Shown: piece after piece, positions 1 through 10,252 of the stretch | Layout: the number at the start of each line of letters is the position of its first letter | How positions within the stretch are numbered: position 1 is the first letter of the stretch | Source: Phascolarctobacterium sp. | GTDB taxonomy: Bacteria; Bacillota; Negativicutes; Acidaminococcales; Acidaminococcaceae | DNA: 62,754 nt | Direction: 5' to 3' | Assembly (NCBI GenBank): GCA_021203775.1 | Contig: JAJQAO010000015.1 | Location: 1 to 62,754 of the forward strand | Made by a program: the position numbers and the translations under genes | Notes under the pieces: model-generated | Databases searched by the model: none | Told to the model about the DNA's origin: nothing | Seen by the model: only the letters and a program-made list of their open reading frames with translations

Positions 1-152
1 CTTGAATAGTTTCCATTATAATCACAACTCCTTTACCTTTAATTAATTATTTTAGAATAAATATAAAATATATTATTATTTTACCACATAAAGCAAAAAA
101 TTCCAATAATTCAATAAATGCATAAAAACTCTTATTATAACTATCTGCTTTT

Positions 153-3100
153 TTAAATAAAACAATTTTCTCCCAACACTTTTTTTATCGCCTCTGCAAA
201 ACCTTCTGCCCGGGAATTCACCCAAAACTCTTTTGCCGTTTTTATAGTCCTGTTAGAACTTACTAAATGCAGATACAGTACGTCATTGCCTTTAAATCTC
301 TTGAAAACATTCTCAAGTTCTTTCTTTACTACAGAATTTTCCAGTTGAGGTTCAATATTTATATGCACTGCGCCATTATTGCCATCTTGAAGTTTTGAAA
401 TACTGAAAGCATTTATACTTCTTTCTTTCTCACTCAGATTCATTCTACCATCTATTGCAATTATATTTTCTTGGTAAATTTCATCCTGACTGCAGTGATA
501 AGTCTTTGGAAAAACCACGACTTCAATTTTCCCCGTGTAATCTTCAACTGTCAGCAAGGCCATTGTATCTCCCTGTTTAGTACGTTTAATTTTACATCCG
601 GAAATAATCCCGGCGACATGAACCATTTGACCGTCTTCAACGTCAGTCTCATTTTGCAGCCAATGCAACGCCGTATATTTTTTCAAAACTTCCTGGTATG
701 CATCAAGAGGATGCCCTGTCATATAAAATCCAGCAAGCTCTTTTTCGTTTTGCAGCATAACAGTCCTAGAAAGTTCTGCCATATCAGGCAGCGGAATGTC
801 ATAAGCATCCTGGAAACTGCTTTTTTCTACAAATAACCCTATCTGTCCGGCAGCATTATCTTTTTGATAACGGAGCCCCATTTCCACAGCTCTATCCATA
901 ATAGAAAGCAACTGTGCACGTTTAGCACCAAAAGAGTCCATTGCCCCACATTTAATCATATTTTCGATAACACGCTTATTAACGGTACGGACATTAACAC
1001 GTCTGCAGAAATCACTCAAACTGCTGAAAGTTCCTCCTTCATTACGTGCCCGAATTATTTCTTCCACGGCGCCTTCGCCAGCACTTTTAACCCCGCCTAA
1101 GCCAAAGCGGATATTGTTGTCCTCCTGAACAGTAAAAGTACTGCCGCTTTTATTGACATCAGGCGGAAGTATTTTCAATCCCGCACTTCTGCACACAGAA
1201 ACATACCAGCTTATCTTATCAACATCACTGATAATACTGTTTAAGAAAGCAGCCATATATTGGGCCGGCCAATGAGCTTTTAGGTAAGCCGTCTGATAAG
1301 CCACAAGGGCATACGCCGCAGAATGGGATTTATTAAATCCATATCCTGCAAAATGCTGTAACAGCGAAAAAATCTTTTCGCCTAAATCTTCTGATATATT
1401 ATGAAGCTGTTTAGCCCCTTTTATAAATGCATCGTGCATGGAATCCAGTTCCTTGGCTTTCTTTTTGCCCATGGCACGACGCAAAATATCCGCCTGTCCT
1501 AAAGTAAAACCTGCCAGATCAGAAGTAATCTGCATAACCTGTTCCTGATATAAAATAACCCCATAAGTATCCCTTAAAATATTTTCCATCAGCGGATGCA
1601 GCATTTCTGCCGTCCGCTTTCCATGCCGTCCGGCAATAAAATCTTCTGCCATCCCCGTTCCTAAAGGCCCTGGCCTGTAAAGAGCCACCAGCGGGATCAA
1701 ATCTTCAAAACTTTCAGGTGCCAATTCCATCAGCAATTTAGTCATACCTTCAGATTCCAGCTGAAATACGCCATACGTATCTCCTCTACACAGCATTTCA
1801 CATGTTCTGCTGTCATCAAGTGGTATATTGTCTATATCAATATTCTCGCCCGTAGTTTCCTTTACAAATCGAACGGCTTCCCCGATAACCGTCAGGGTAC
1901 GCAACCCCAGAAAATCCATTTTTAACAGTCCGAGTTCTTCCACCTTGTCCTTATCATATTGGGTAATAATAGCGCTCTCTACACCTAACTGCAGCGGTAC
2001 ATAATCTTTTAAATCCTGCGGAGCAATAATAACGCCTGCAGCATGCGTTCCCACATTACGCGGTATTCCTTCCACACTTTTGGCTAAATTTATAAGACGT
2101 TTAACCTTATCACTTTTCTCATATTCTGCGCGCAAATCATTATTTACAGCTAATGCTCTATCTAAAGTAATCCCTGGTTCCCGCGGTATCATCCTTGCCA
2201 GAACGTCCACTTCACCATAGCTCATCCCTAATGCTTTGCCTACATCGCGAACTGCTGCCCTTGCCTGCAGAGTGCCGAAAGTTACTATTTGTGCAACGCG
2301 ATCTTTCCCATAGCGTTTAGTAACATAGTCCAACACTTCGTTACGCTTCAGATAACAGAAATCCGTATCTATATCCGGCATGCTTACGCGTTCCGGATTC
2401 AAAAAGCGCTCAAAAAGCAAATTATACTTAAGCGGATCTATATTTGTAATTTCCAGCAGATAAGCCACAATACTTCCTGCAGCACTTCCCCGACCTGGTC
2501 CCACGGGAATATCATGTTCCCGGCAATATTTAATAAAATCCCATACAATCAGAAAATAGCAGTCATACCCCATCTGATTTATGATACTAAGCTCAAATTC
2601 CAGCCTGTCGGTAACAGTCTTATCAGCTGCGGCATATCTCTTCTTCAAATTTTCCACACACAGATGCCGCAAATAACTTGCAGCATCAAAGCCTTCCGGA
2701 ACATTAAATTCTGGCAGCAGCAAATGACCAAATTCTAATTTTACATTGCAGCGTTCTGCAATCTTTTGGGTATTCTCCAGAGCTTCCGTGCAATCACTGA
2801 ACAGCTCCTCCATTTCTTCATAGCTTTTCAAATAAAACTTGTCATTTGCGAAACGCATTCTGCCAGGGTCATCTACTGTACTGAGAGTCTGAATACACAG
2901 CAGCATATCCTGCGCCTCTGCATCCTGCTGTCTGACATAATGCAGGTCATTTGTAGCTACCAACCCTAAACCGTATCTTTTGGCAAGTTGTTTTAACGCG
3001 GAATTTGTCTTATGTTCTTCCGGTAAATCATGATTTTGGATTTCAAGGAAATAGTTATCCCGTCCGAATATATCTATATATTCTTCGATACAACGGCATG

Positions 3101-3560
3101 CTCCATCTAAATCATCCCGCTGCCAGATAAGTTTTGCTATCTCTCCTGCTATACAGCCACTTAAGCAAATTATTCCTTTGCTGTAAGTACGTAGTATATC
3201 CTTATCCACCCGCGGCTTATAATAAAACCCCTCTATCATGCCGGCAGAAACTATCTTCATCAGATTATGATAGCCTTCATCATTTTCAGCCAATAAGGTC
3301 AAATGATGCATCTCACGATTGGATTTATCCAGATGCGATCCCGTCGCCACATAAATTTCACAGCCGATAATGGGTTTAATACCTTCTTTCATCGCCTGCT
3401 GGTAAAATTCCACCACACCATACATTACGCCATGATCGGTGATGGCGATACTGTCCATCCCCAATTCCTTGGCATGACTTATTAAATCGCCTATCCTGCA
3501 GGCACCATCCAACAAACTGTATTGCGTATGCACATGTAAATGAGTAAAATTTTTTCCCAT
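153..3560 (-). CDS. dnaE: DNA polymerase III alpha subunit, DnaE type
   Basis: 1135-aa ORF. N-terminal PHP motifs (HLHVHTQYSLLDG, ITDHG), polymerase core motifs (PDIDTDF, LKMDFLGLRTLT, GFNKSHSAAYA) and a C-terminal OB-like region. No PolC-type exonuclease insert. Confidence 0.95.
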   Translation of the reverse strand: MGKNFTHLHVHTQYSLLDGACRIGDLISHAKELGMDSIAITDHGVMYGVVEFYQQAMKEGIKPIIGCEIYVATGSHLDKSNREMHHLTLLAENDEGYHNLMKIVSAGMIEGFYYKPRVDKDILRTYSKGIICLSGCIAGEIAKLIWQRDDLDGACRCIEEYIDIFGRDNYFLEIQNHDLPEEHKTNSALKQLAKRYGLGLVATNDLHYVRQQDAEAQDMLLCIQTLSTVDDPGRMRFANDKFYLKSYEEMEELFSDCTEALENTQKIAERCNVKLEFGHLLLPEFNVPEGFDAASYLRHLCVENLKKRYAAADKTVTDRLEFELSIINQMGYDCYFLIVWDFIKYCREHDIPVGPGRGSAAGSIVAYLLEITNIDPLKYNLLFERFLNPERVSMPDIDTDFCYLKRNEVLDYVTKRYGKDRVAQIVTFGTLQARAAVRDVGKALGMSYGEVDVLARMIPREPGITLDRALAVNNDLRAEYEKSDKVKRLINLAKSVEGIPRNVGTHAAGVIIAPQDLKDYVPLQLGVESAIITQYDKDKVEELGLLKMDFLGLRTLTVIGEAVRFVKETTGENIDIDNIPLDDSRTCEMLCRGDTYGVFQLESEGMTKLLMELAPESFEDLIPLVALYRPGPLGTGMAEDFIAGRHGKRTAEMLHPLMENILRDTYGVILYQEQVMQITSDLAGFTLGQADILRRAMGKKKAKELDSMHDAFIKGAKQLHNISEDLGEKIFSLLQHFAGYGFNKSHSAAYALVAYQTAYLKAHWPAQYMAAFLNSIISDVDKISWYVSVCRSAGLKILPPDVNKSGSTFTVQEDNNIRFGLGGVKSAGEGAVEEIIRARNEGGTFSSLSDFCRRVNVRTVNKRVIENMIKCGAMDSFGAKRAQLLSIMDRAVEMGLRYQKDNAAGQIGLFVEKSSFQDAYDIPLPDMAELSRTVMLQNEKELAGFYMTGHPLDAYQEVLKKYTALHWLQNETDVEDGQMVHVAGIISGCKIKRTKQGDTMALLTVEDYTGKIEVVVFPKTYHCSQDEIYQENIIAIDGRMNLSEKERSINAFSISKLQDGNNGAVHINIEPQLENSVVKKELENVFKRFKGNDVLYLHLVSSNRTIKTAKEFWVNSRAEGFAEAIKKVLGENCFI

Positions 3561-3595
3561 ATTAACAAAAACCCCAAATTTAAAATATCAGCCTG

Positions 3596-4984
3596 CTAAT
3601 GTGCCTGCTTCTTCCACAAACCATAAAGCAGTCCTGGCAACAAGCATAATAAATTTGCTCCCAGCGCCGGGAACAGGCCGTTAATCTCCGAATCAAAAAC
3701 ATGTCCCCAGCCGCAGGCTACTAATATCCCTGCGATAACTGCCGCCATGCCCGCTTTAGGATTTACCTTCCCCGGGAAAAACACTGCAAAAGTCAACGGT
3801 AAAAATATGCCGCTAGCGCGCAGTGCCATAGAAAGATAATTCCATTGTAACACAGAAGAATCCAGATGGTGGAAAACAAATACAACAGCACATACCGTTA
3901 CCAGTAGTACACTGATTCTGCCAGTCCATAGCAAATGTACCGAATCAATCTTACGCCACACATTTTTTATAATATCCCGGCTCAGCATGGTCCCGACTCC
4001 TAAAGCCAGTCCGGCGATGGAACTTAAAGCTGAAAGCAGCACTGCCCCGATCCCAACACCGCCCAGCCAATCTGGGAGATAATTAAGTAAATATAAAGGC
4101 AGAGCGTCAATAGAATTTATATCCGGATGGTTTATACGCATAAATACGCCAATCATCACAGAAGGAAGTCCAACTGGAATAACGATAAGTGCCGCAGTAA
4201 CACAGCCTATGGCTGCAGTTCTGCTGTCTTTTGCAGAAAAAATAGCCTGTACATAGGTCTGCGTAGAGATTACACCTACTATCATTGAAAGTAAACTGTA
4301 AATCCCATCTTGGACACCGCGGCCGAAAAGATTGAACCAGGGATAATCTGGCAGGGCCGCATGCAGTCCCCGCCATTGGCCGGCATCATTATAAGCCAGC
4401 AGTCCGCCAACAAAAATAGTGGCAAAAATAAAGATGATTTTTAATAGCCCCGCCATTCCTGACCCGCTAATGCCGCCAAAGAAAACAAGTCCCATAACCA
4501 CAAGCACAATAATAACTGCACTGCTGCTCAAACTAACCTTAAGAATGCCGGTTACGAGATGCAATGCGGTCAGCGTGCTGGCCACAATACTGAAGAATAT
4601 GCCGGCGGTGGCCGAAAGACTTGAGAAAAATCCTGCAGTGGTTCCGTAATTACCTACCAGAAACTCTGAGATGGTAGTAAGTCCGCTCTGACGTAATGGC
4701 ACAGCATAAAAAAAGGCCATTATAAGCAATCCAATACCGCCGCCTAAAGTGAACCACCAGGCTGTCAGGCCCAAATTGAAACCTAGTTGTGCTGTCCCAA
4801 CCGTAGCCGCTCCTCCTACTATGGTTCCGATAATACCGCCGGCTACCAGCATCGCACCGGAACTGCGTCCGCCTACACTATAATCATCGGCAGATTTTAT
4901 CTTGCGGGACGCTATAATCCCCGGCAGCAATGTTACTATCAAAGTAGCAAGCAGACTTACAATATGTATGATTGACAGCTCCAT
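3596..4984 (-). CDS. sodium:solute symporter (SSS) family transporter, substrate unknown
   Basis: 462-aa ORF that is almost entirely hydrophobic and Gly-rich, with about 12-13 helices in an SSS-like pattern. AGGAAAGG Shine-Dalgarno (SD) sequence upstream of ATG 4984. Divergent from a LysR regulator. Confidence 0.8.
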   Translation of the reverse strand: MELSIIHIVSLLATLIVTLLPGIIASRKIKSADDYSVGGRSSGAMLVAGGIIGTIVGGAATVGTAQLGFNLGLTAWWFTLGGGIGLLIMAFFYAVPLRQSGLTTISEFLVGNYGTTAGFFSSLSATAGIFFSIVASTLTALHLVTGILKVSLSSSAVIIVLVVMGLVFFGGISGSGMAGLLKIIFIFATIFVGGLLAYNDAGQWRGLHAALPDYPWFNLFGRGVQDGIYSLLSMIVGVISTQTYVQAIFSAKDSRTAAIGCVTAALIVIPVGLPSVMIGVFMRINHPDINSIDALPLYLLNYLPDWLGGVGIGAVLLSALSSIAGLALGVGTMLSRDIIKNVWRKIDSVHLLWTGRISVLLVTVCAVVFVFHHLDSSVLQWNYLSMALRASGIFLPLTFAVFFPGKVNPKAGMAAVIAGILVACGWGHVFDSEINGLFPALGANLLCLLPGLLYGLWKKQAH

Positions 4985-5062
4985 TTACAAGCAACCTTTC
5001 CTGGCATCTTTAATTATAAGTATACCATAAATAATATCGCAGAATTAATATCTGAATAGTAA

Positions 5063-5093
5063 AATATCTGCCGTTCTCATAACGGCAGATATT
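5063..5093 (-). promoter_or_regulatory. perfect 13-bp inverted repeat (terminator-like hairpin or operator) upstream of the symporter gene
   Basis: AATATCTGCCGTT-ctcat-AACGGCAGATATT. On the minus strand the stem is followed by TTTACTATT. It lies 80-110 nt upstream of the symporter ATG. An upstream AAACGG could compete with the CCGTT arm. Confidence 0.35.
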
Positions 5094-5174
5094 CAAGAAA
5101 AGCTCCCCAGCAGCATTTCCGTTTTGAAAACTAAGTCAAAGTAAAATTATACTTTTTATTTTTACTATTTTGAC

Positions 5175-5247
5175 TTGACTTTTCATCTCTATTCCACTTA
5201 TTATTATATTAACATTTTAGCTATATCAAAAATACTATTTTTAGTAT
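5175..5247 (+). promoter_or_regulatory. candidate lysR-family gene promoter plus dyad operator
   Basis: -35 TTGACT (5175-5180), 18-nt spacer, -10 TATTAT (5199-5204). Dyad ATACTA-N4-TAGTAT at 5232-5247, with a third AATACT half-site at 5252-5257, just upstream of the start codon. Confidence 0.3.
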
Positions 5248-5274
5248 ATTCAATACTTTGAAGGTATGATAATT

Positions 5275-6144
5275 ATGGATCTACAACAGATGCGTTATTT
5301 TCTGACAGTAGCAGAAACATGTAACATAACGGCAGCTGCCCGGCTGCTGCATATGGCTCAGCCTCCCTTAAGCCGCCAGATAAAACAGATCGAAACAGAA
5401 CTCGGCATCTGTCTTTTTGACAGAAAAGGGCGTAGTCTGCATCTTACCGAAGCCGGCAAATTACTTGTTAACAGGGTACAGGAAATTTTAAATCTCGCTG
5501 ACCGTTCTTTGCAAGAATTACGCAGTTTTAATTCTACTTCTTCCGGTATTTTAGTTTTAGGAACCGTGGCATCAGCCAGTTCCATATTATTGCCAGAACT
5601 GCTTACTGATTTTCAGCAGAAATACCCGCTGACAAGATATGAACTCTACATCGGCGCCACAAATCGAATTACCGAACTGTTAGAAAAAGGCGTTATTGAA
5701 ATAGGCATTGTACGTCATCCCTTTGATAGTAATAATTTTGACAGTTTCTCTCTTCCAGAGGAAAAACTTGTAATTATAGCTGCTGACAGTTATGGACTTC
5801 CGAAGAACAGACCAGCCCATATTTCAGAACTGGCAACTCTCCCATTGTTGATTCATCGCAAATATGAAACATTGCTTAAAAAAGTATTCCGCAAGTATCA
5901 CTGCACACCTAAATTTTTATGCAAATGTGATGACATCATGCCGCTACTGGCCTGGGCTAAATCAGGATTGGGACTGGCCATTATCCCGGAATCTGCTGCT
6001 TCTTTTATAAATGCATCTAATCTGCAAATATGCTACGCAGACGATGATGAAATGACTACTTCCAGTGCCATAATCTGGACTAAAAAGCATTATCATTCCT
6101 CTATAGCAAATTTATTCATAAGCTATCTATCAGAAATTTTTTAA
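5275..6144 (+). CDS. LysR-family transcriptional regulator
   Basis: N-terminal winged helix-turn-helix (wHTH) QQMRYFLTVAETCNITAAARLLHMAQPPLSRQIKQIE followed by a LysR-type substrate-binding domain. ATG 5275 has better spacing to GAAGG than the track start at 5266. Confidence 0.9.
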   Translation: MDLQQMRYFLTVAETCNITAAARLLHMAQPPLSRQIKQIETELGICLFDRKGRSLHLTEAGKLLVNRVQEILNLADRSLQELRSFNSTSSGILVLGTVASASSILLPELLTDFQQKYPLTRYELYIGATNRITELLEKGVIEIGIVRHPFDSNNFDSFSLPEEKLVIIAADSYGLPKNRPAHISELATLPLLIHRKYETLLKKVFRKYHCTPKFLCKCDDIMPLLAWAKSGLGLAIIPESAASFINASNLQICYADDDEMTTSSAIIWTKKHYHSSIANLFISYLSEIF

Positions 6145-6188
6145 TTTTCATTTTATCAACTTAATCAAGATATATTTTAATGCACCAT

Positions 6189-6226
6189 AAAAAAGCTCCA
6201 GGCATTTCAATCGGCCTGGAGCTTTT
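6189..6226. terminator. bidirectional intrinsic terminator between the lysR-family gene and rpoC
   Basis: AAAAGCTCCAGGC-N10-GCCTGGAGCTTTT, a 13-bp stem flanked by an A-run and a T-run. Confidence 0.8.
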
Positions 6227-6244
6227 AAATCATGTCTTTTCTCA

Positions 6245-9200
6245 TTAAGATTTACTGGTATTGTATTTGATTTTGATATCGCGGTAACGATTCATTCCCG
6301 TGCCGGCAGGAATCAGTTTGCCAATTATGACGTTTTCTTTCAGTCCTAACAGCGGATCAACTTTACCTTTAATGGCGGCATCAGTAAGTACGCGGGTAGT
6401 CTCCTGGAAAGATGCAGCAGAAAGGAAAGAATCCGTTGCTAATGACGCTTTTGTGATTCCCAAGAGAATCTGACGCCCTTTTGCAGGCTCCTTGCCCTCT
6501 TTTGCAATCTGGGCATTTTGCTCTTCAAATTCGCTGATTTCCACATCTTCGCCCGGCAGCATAATAGTATCACCGGATTCTTCAATGCGCACTTTACGCA
6601 TCATCTGCCTGACGATTACTTCGATATGTTTACTGTTAATATCTACGCCCTGGGATTTATAAACCCCTACTACCTGCTGTACCAGATACTGCTGGGCAGC
6701 TTCGACCCCGCTAATGCGCAAGACATCATGTGGATTTAATGAGCCTTCCGTAAGGCGATCGCCTTTTTCTACAAGATCACCATCTTTGACCGCCAGCTTA
6801 GAACCGTATGGAATTGAATATGATTCGCCGTCTCCGTCTTCATTTTCCACAATAACCTGACGATTATCGCCTTCTTCACTGATTTTCACAGAACCGCTAA
6901 ATTCGCATAAGAGCCCTGGATGTTTAGGTTTACGCGCTTCAAACAATTCTTCCACGCGCGGCAGACCCTGAGTAATGTCATCACCGCCTGCAACACCGCC
7001 GGTATGAAAAGTACGCATGGTTAGCTGAGTTCCAGGCTCGCCTATTGACTGAGCGGCGATAGTACCTACAGCTTCTCCTACATCCACGTTCTTGCCAGTT
7101 GCCAAGTTGCGTCCATAGCACTTACGGCAAACACCATATTTCGATTTACAGGTCAGCACACTGCGAATTTTAACCTTAGTTCGCAATTTGCAGATAGCAT
7201 CTGCGATTTCTTCCGTAATATAGTCATTTACATGATACAGCACTTTCTTGCCTTTTTTATCGTAAATGTCTTCTGCTAAATTGCGCCCGACGATACGGTC
7301 ATGCAATGATTCTATGATAGTTTGTTTATTTTTTCCTTCAGTAATGGCTTCGACTTCTATTCCTGCAATCTCATTGTTGCGGACCCGCAATTCCCTGACT
7401 GTTCCGTCAGCCAATATTGCTTTTATTACCTTGGAAGTAAGAATTGCCCCTTCTTTTGCCAAAACATCACCTTTAATATTGACTATGGGTTCGACTATCT
7501 CTTTCCCTTCAAAATTATCTTTCATGGCATCCTGCAAGACACTGTTAGTAAATTCTTTACTTATATTAATACGTACGCTTTCTTTTTCACTGCTGTCATT
7601 GGCACAATATAGTTCTATTTTTTCAACTCCGGCGTCCAATAGTTTATCAAAGAGTTCATTGGTAATATCTGTATCAGCCTCGGCAATAATATTACCGTCG
7701 TTATCAAAAACTATAGAAGCCAGTGTTCCCCCTAGAACATCTTCGCGAACCTTTTCCTGGCTTTTGCCTAGCTCATGTTTGTAAAGACGATTGCGTTCCC
7801 GAATAAGATTCATACCTGTAATATCACAGTCATCATCACGTACAATAACATCCTGAGCCACATCTACCAGCCTGCGAGTCAGATAACCAGAATCTGCAGT
7901 GCGCAGAGCAGTATCTGCCAGACCTTTTCGGGCACCATGGGTTGATATAAAGTATTCCAGAATAGTCAGCCCTTCACGGAAATTTGCCTTAATCGGGCGG
8001 TCAATAATTCTTCCTGATGGATCGGCCATAAGTCCGCGCATACCTGCCAACTGCCGAATCTGCTGCACATTACCACGGGCACCAGAATTAGCCATCATGT
8101 ACACTGAATTGAATTTATCCATAGTAGTATCCATCAGCTTTTCAGTGACCTTTTCCGTAGCTTCACTCCATAATTGAATTACTTTACGGTAACGTTCATC
8201 AGCACTCATTAATCCACGGCGGAATAGTCTTTCTGTCTTATCAACCTCTCTCTCTGTGTCATCCAATATTTCTCCTTTTTCTTCAGGGATCTGAATGTCG
8301 GAAGTAGCTATAGAAATACCTGCCTTGCAAGCGTTGTCATAGCCCATTTTTTTTACGATATCAAGAACTTCAGCAGTCCCAAGATTTCCGTATAATTTAT
8401 GGGCTTTCGCAACAAGTTTGCCCAGTTCTTTCTTATCAATAAGCTGTCCTAAATGCCATTCTTCCTGACCATCAGCATTAATCTCCTTATGGTAATAGCG
8501 CATTTCGATTGGCAGTTCACCATTAAATATAGTATTCCCCACCGTTGTGGTAACCAAACTTAACCCTTCGTTTTTCTTTTCGTCAAAAATCTGGTCATTT
8601 GGAACATATACTTTAATCCGAGCCTGCAGTTCAATTATCCCATGGAAATAAGCAAGTTGAGCCTCATCAACGCTGCAGAACCGCATTCCTTCACCTTTTG
8701 CGCCTTCTTTAACGATAGTCAGATAGTAAGATCCTAGTACCATATCCTGGGTAGGTACGGCTACAGGCTTGCCGTCTTTAGGCGCCAAAATGTTATTTAC
8801 AGACATCATCAGCATCCGCGCTTCAGCCTGAGCTTCAACGGAAAGCGGCAGATGAACGGCCATCTGGTCACCATCAAAATCGGCATTATACGCTGTACAT
8901 ACCAACGGATGCAGCTTAATAGCACGCCCTTCAGATAAAATTGGTTCAAATGCCTGGATACCAAGCCTGTGCAACGTCGGTGCTCGATTTAAAAGCACGG
9001 GATGTTCTTTGATAACTTCTTCCAGTATATCCCAAACCTTTTTATCGGCACGTTCTACCATCCTTTTGGCACTCTTTATATTGGAAGCTTCTCCACTGTT
9101 TACGAGCCGCTTCATTACAAAAGGTTTAAAAAGTTCGAGCGCCATTTCCTTAGGTAACCCGCACTGATGCATTTTTAATTCCGGCCCGACAACTATTACT

Positions 9201-10225
9201 GAACGGCCAGAATAGTCAACACGCTTACCAAGAAGATTCTGACGAAAACGTCCCTGCTTGCCCTTAAGCATATCGGACAAAGATTTCAGTGACCTATTTC
9301 CAGGCCCGGTCACAGGCCGCCCGCGGCGTCCATTATCTATTAAAGCATCCACTGCCTCCTGCAACATACGCTTCTCGTTGCGTATGATAATATCCGGAGC
9401 ATGCAGTTCCAATAACCGTTTTAAGCGGTTATTACGGTTAATTACTCTGCGATATAAATCATTTAAATCAGAAGTGGCAAAACGCCCGCCATCTAGCTGT
9501 ACCATCGGACGCAATTCCGGCGGAATAACTGGAATGACATCCAAAACCATCCATTCAGGGCGGTTTCCGGATTTCAAGAATGCCTCGCATACTTCTAAAC
9601 GTCGTACGGCACGAATCTTCCTTTGCCCGCTGGATTCTTTCACTTCTCCTCGTAATTCCTCAGTCAACTCTATAAGATCTATCTCTTCCAGTAACTGTTT
9701 TATCGCGGAAGCTCCCATATCGGCTACAAAGTCACTGCCATACTTATCCCTGCAATCAGCATATTCACTTTCACTGAGCAGCTGTTTCTTCTCCAAAGGA
9801 GTATCACCAGGATCCAGTACTATATAACTGGCAAAATATAGTACTTTCTCCAAGCTGCGTGGGGAAATATCTAGGATAAGCCCCATGCGGCTTGGTATTC
9901 CTTTGAAATACCATATATGCGATACCGGAGTAGCCAGTTCAATATGCCCCATACGGTCGCGCCGTACTTTACTGCGGGTCACTTCGACGCCGCATTTGTC
10001 ACATATGATGCCTTTGTAACGGATTCTCTTATACTTGCCACAATGGCACTCCCAGTCCTTAGTTGGCCCGAATATTCTCTCACAGAATAATCCGTCACGT
10101 TCCGGCTTTAGGGTTCTATAATTGATGGTTTCCGGTTTCTTTACTTCACCATAAGACCATGACCTTATTTTATCCGGGGAAGCCAAACCGATGCGCATGG
10201 ATTCAAAATTATTTACATCTAACAT
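6245..10225 (-). CDS. rpoC: DNA-directed RNA polymerase subunit beta'
   Basis: 1326-aa ORF. Zn-ribbon [20 protein letters not shown], catalytic NADFDGDQM, and trigger loop [22 protein letters not shown] with no SI3 insertion. An extra ~150-aa insertion lies at about residues 803-954. Confidence 0.98.
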   Translation of the reverse strand: MLDVNNFESMRIGLASPDKIRSWSYGEVKKPETINYRTLKPERDGLFCERIFGPTKDWECHCGKYKRIRYKGIICDKCGVEVTRSKVRRDRMGHIELATPVSHIWYFKGIPSRMGLILDISPRSLEKVLYFASYIVLDPGDTPLEKKQLLSESEYADCRDKYGSDFVADMGASAIKQLLEEIDLIELTEELRGEVKESSGQRKIRAVRRLEVCEAFLKSGNRPEWMVLDVIPVIPPELRPMVQLDGGRFATSDLNDLYRRVINRNNRLKRLLELHAPDIIIRNEKRMLQEAVDALIDNGRRGRPVTGPGNRSLKSLSDMLKGKQGRFRQNLLGKRVDYSGRSVIVVGPELKMHQCGLPKEMALELFKPFVMKRLVNSGEASNIKSAKRMVERADKKVWDILEEVIKEHPVLLNRAPTLHRLGIQAFEPILSEGRAIKLHPLVCTAYNADFDGDQMAVHLPLSVEAQAEARMLMMSVNNILAPKDGKPVAVPTQDMVLGSYYLTIVKEGAKGEGMRFCSVDEAQLAYFHGIIELQARIKVYVPNDQIFDEKKNEGLSLVTTTVGNTIFNGELPIEMRYYHKEINADGQEEWHLGQLIDKKELGKLVAKAHKLYGNLGTAEVLDIVKKMGYDNACKAGISIATSDIQIPEEKGEILDDTEREVDKTERLFRRGLMSADERYRKVIQLWSEATEKVTEKLMDTTMDKFNSVYMMANSGARGNVQQIRQLAGMRGLMADPSGRIIDRPIKANFREGLTILEYFISTHGARKGLADTALRTADSGYLTRRLVDVAQDVIVRDDDCDITGMNLIRERNRLYKHELGKSQEKVREDVLGGTLASIVFDNDGNIIAEADTDITNELFDKLLDAGVEKIELYCANDSSEKESVRINISKEFTNSVLQDAMKDNFEGKEIVEPIVNIKGDVLAKEGAILTSKVIKAILADGTVRELRVRNNEIAGIEVEAITEGKNKQTIIESLHDRIVGRNLAEDIYDKKGKKVLYHVNDYITEEIADAICKLRTKVKIRSVLTCKSKYGVCRKCYGRNLATGKNVDVGEAVGTIAAQSIGEPGTQLTMRTFHTGGVAGGDDITQGLPRVEELFEARKPKHPGLLCEFSGSVKISEEGDNRQVIVENEDGDGESYSIPYGSKLAVKDGDLVEKGDRLTEGSLNPHDVLRISGVEAAQQYLVQQVVGVYKSQGVDINSKHIEVIVRQMMRKVRIEESGDTIMLPGEDVEISEFEEQNAQIAKEGKEPAKGRQILLGITKASLATDSFLSAASFQETTRVLTDAAIKGKVDPLLGLKENVIIGKLIPAGTGMNRYRDIKIKYNTSKS

Positions 10226-10252
10226 GAATCACTCGCTCCCTTCTATCATATA

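Noticed and set aside
1-16. Possible start of another minus-strand gene (ATG at 14-16, AAGGAG 11 nt upstream, reading METIQ... off the left edge).
   Set aside because: Only 5 codons are visible. It cannot be identified or supported as a gene from this window.
4107-4376. Same-strand, out-of-frame overlapping ORFs inside known genes: 4107..4376 in the symporter, 11170..11448 and 13393..13668 in rpoB, 25928..26134 in thrS, and 53647..53859 in hppA.
   Set aside because: They are short, Cys/Arg/Trp-rich and lack start signals. They are alternative-frame noise within well-supported genes.
7266-7784. 172-aa antisense ORF inside rpoC. The same applies to 9258..9827, 189 aa.
   Set aside because: It is Ser/Leu/Pro-rich, typical of the antisense frame of a highly expressed gene. 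It has no start context, and rpoC fully explains the region.
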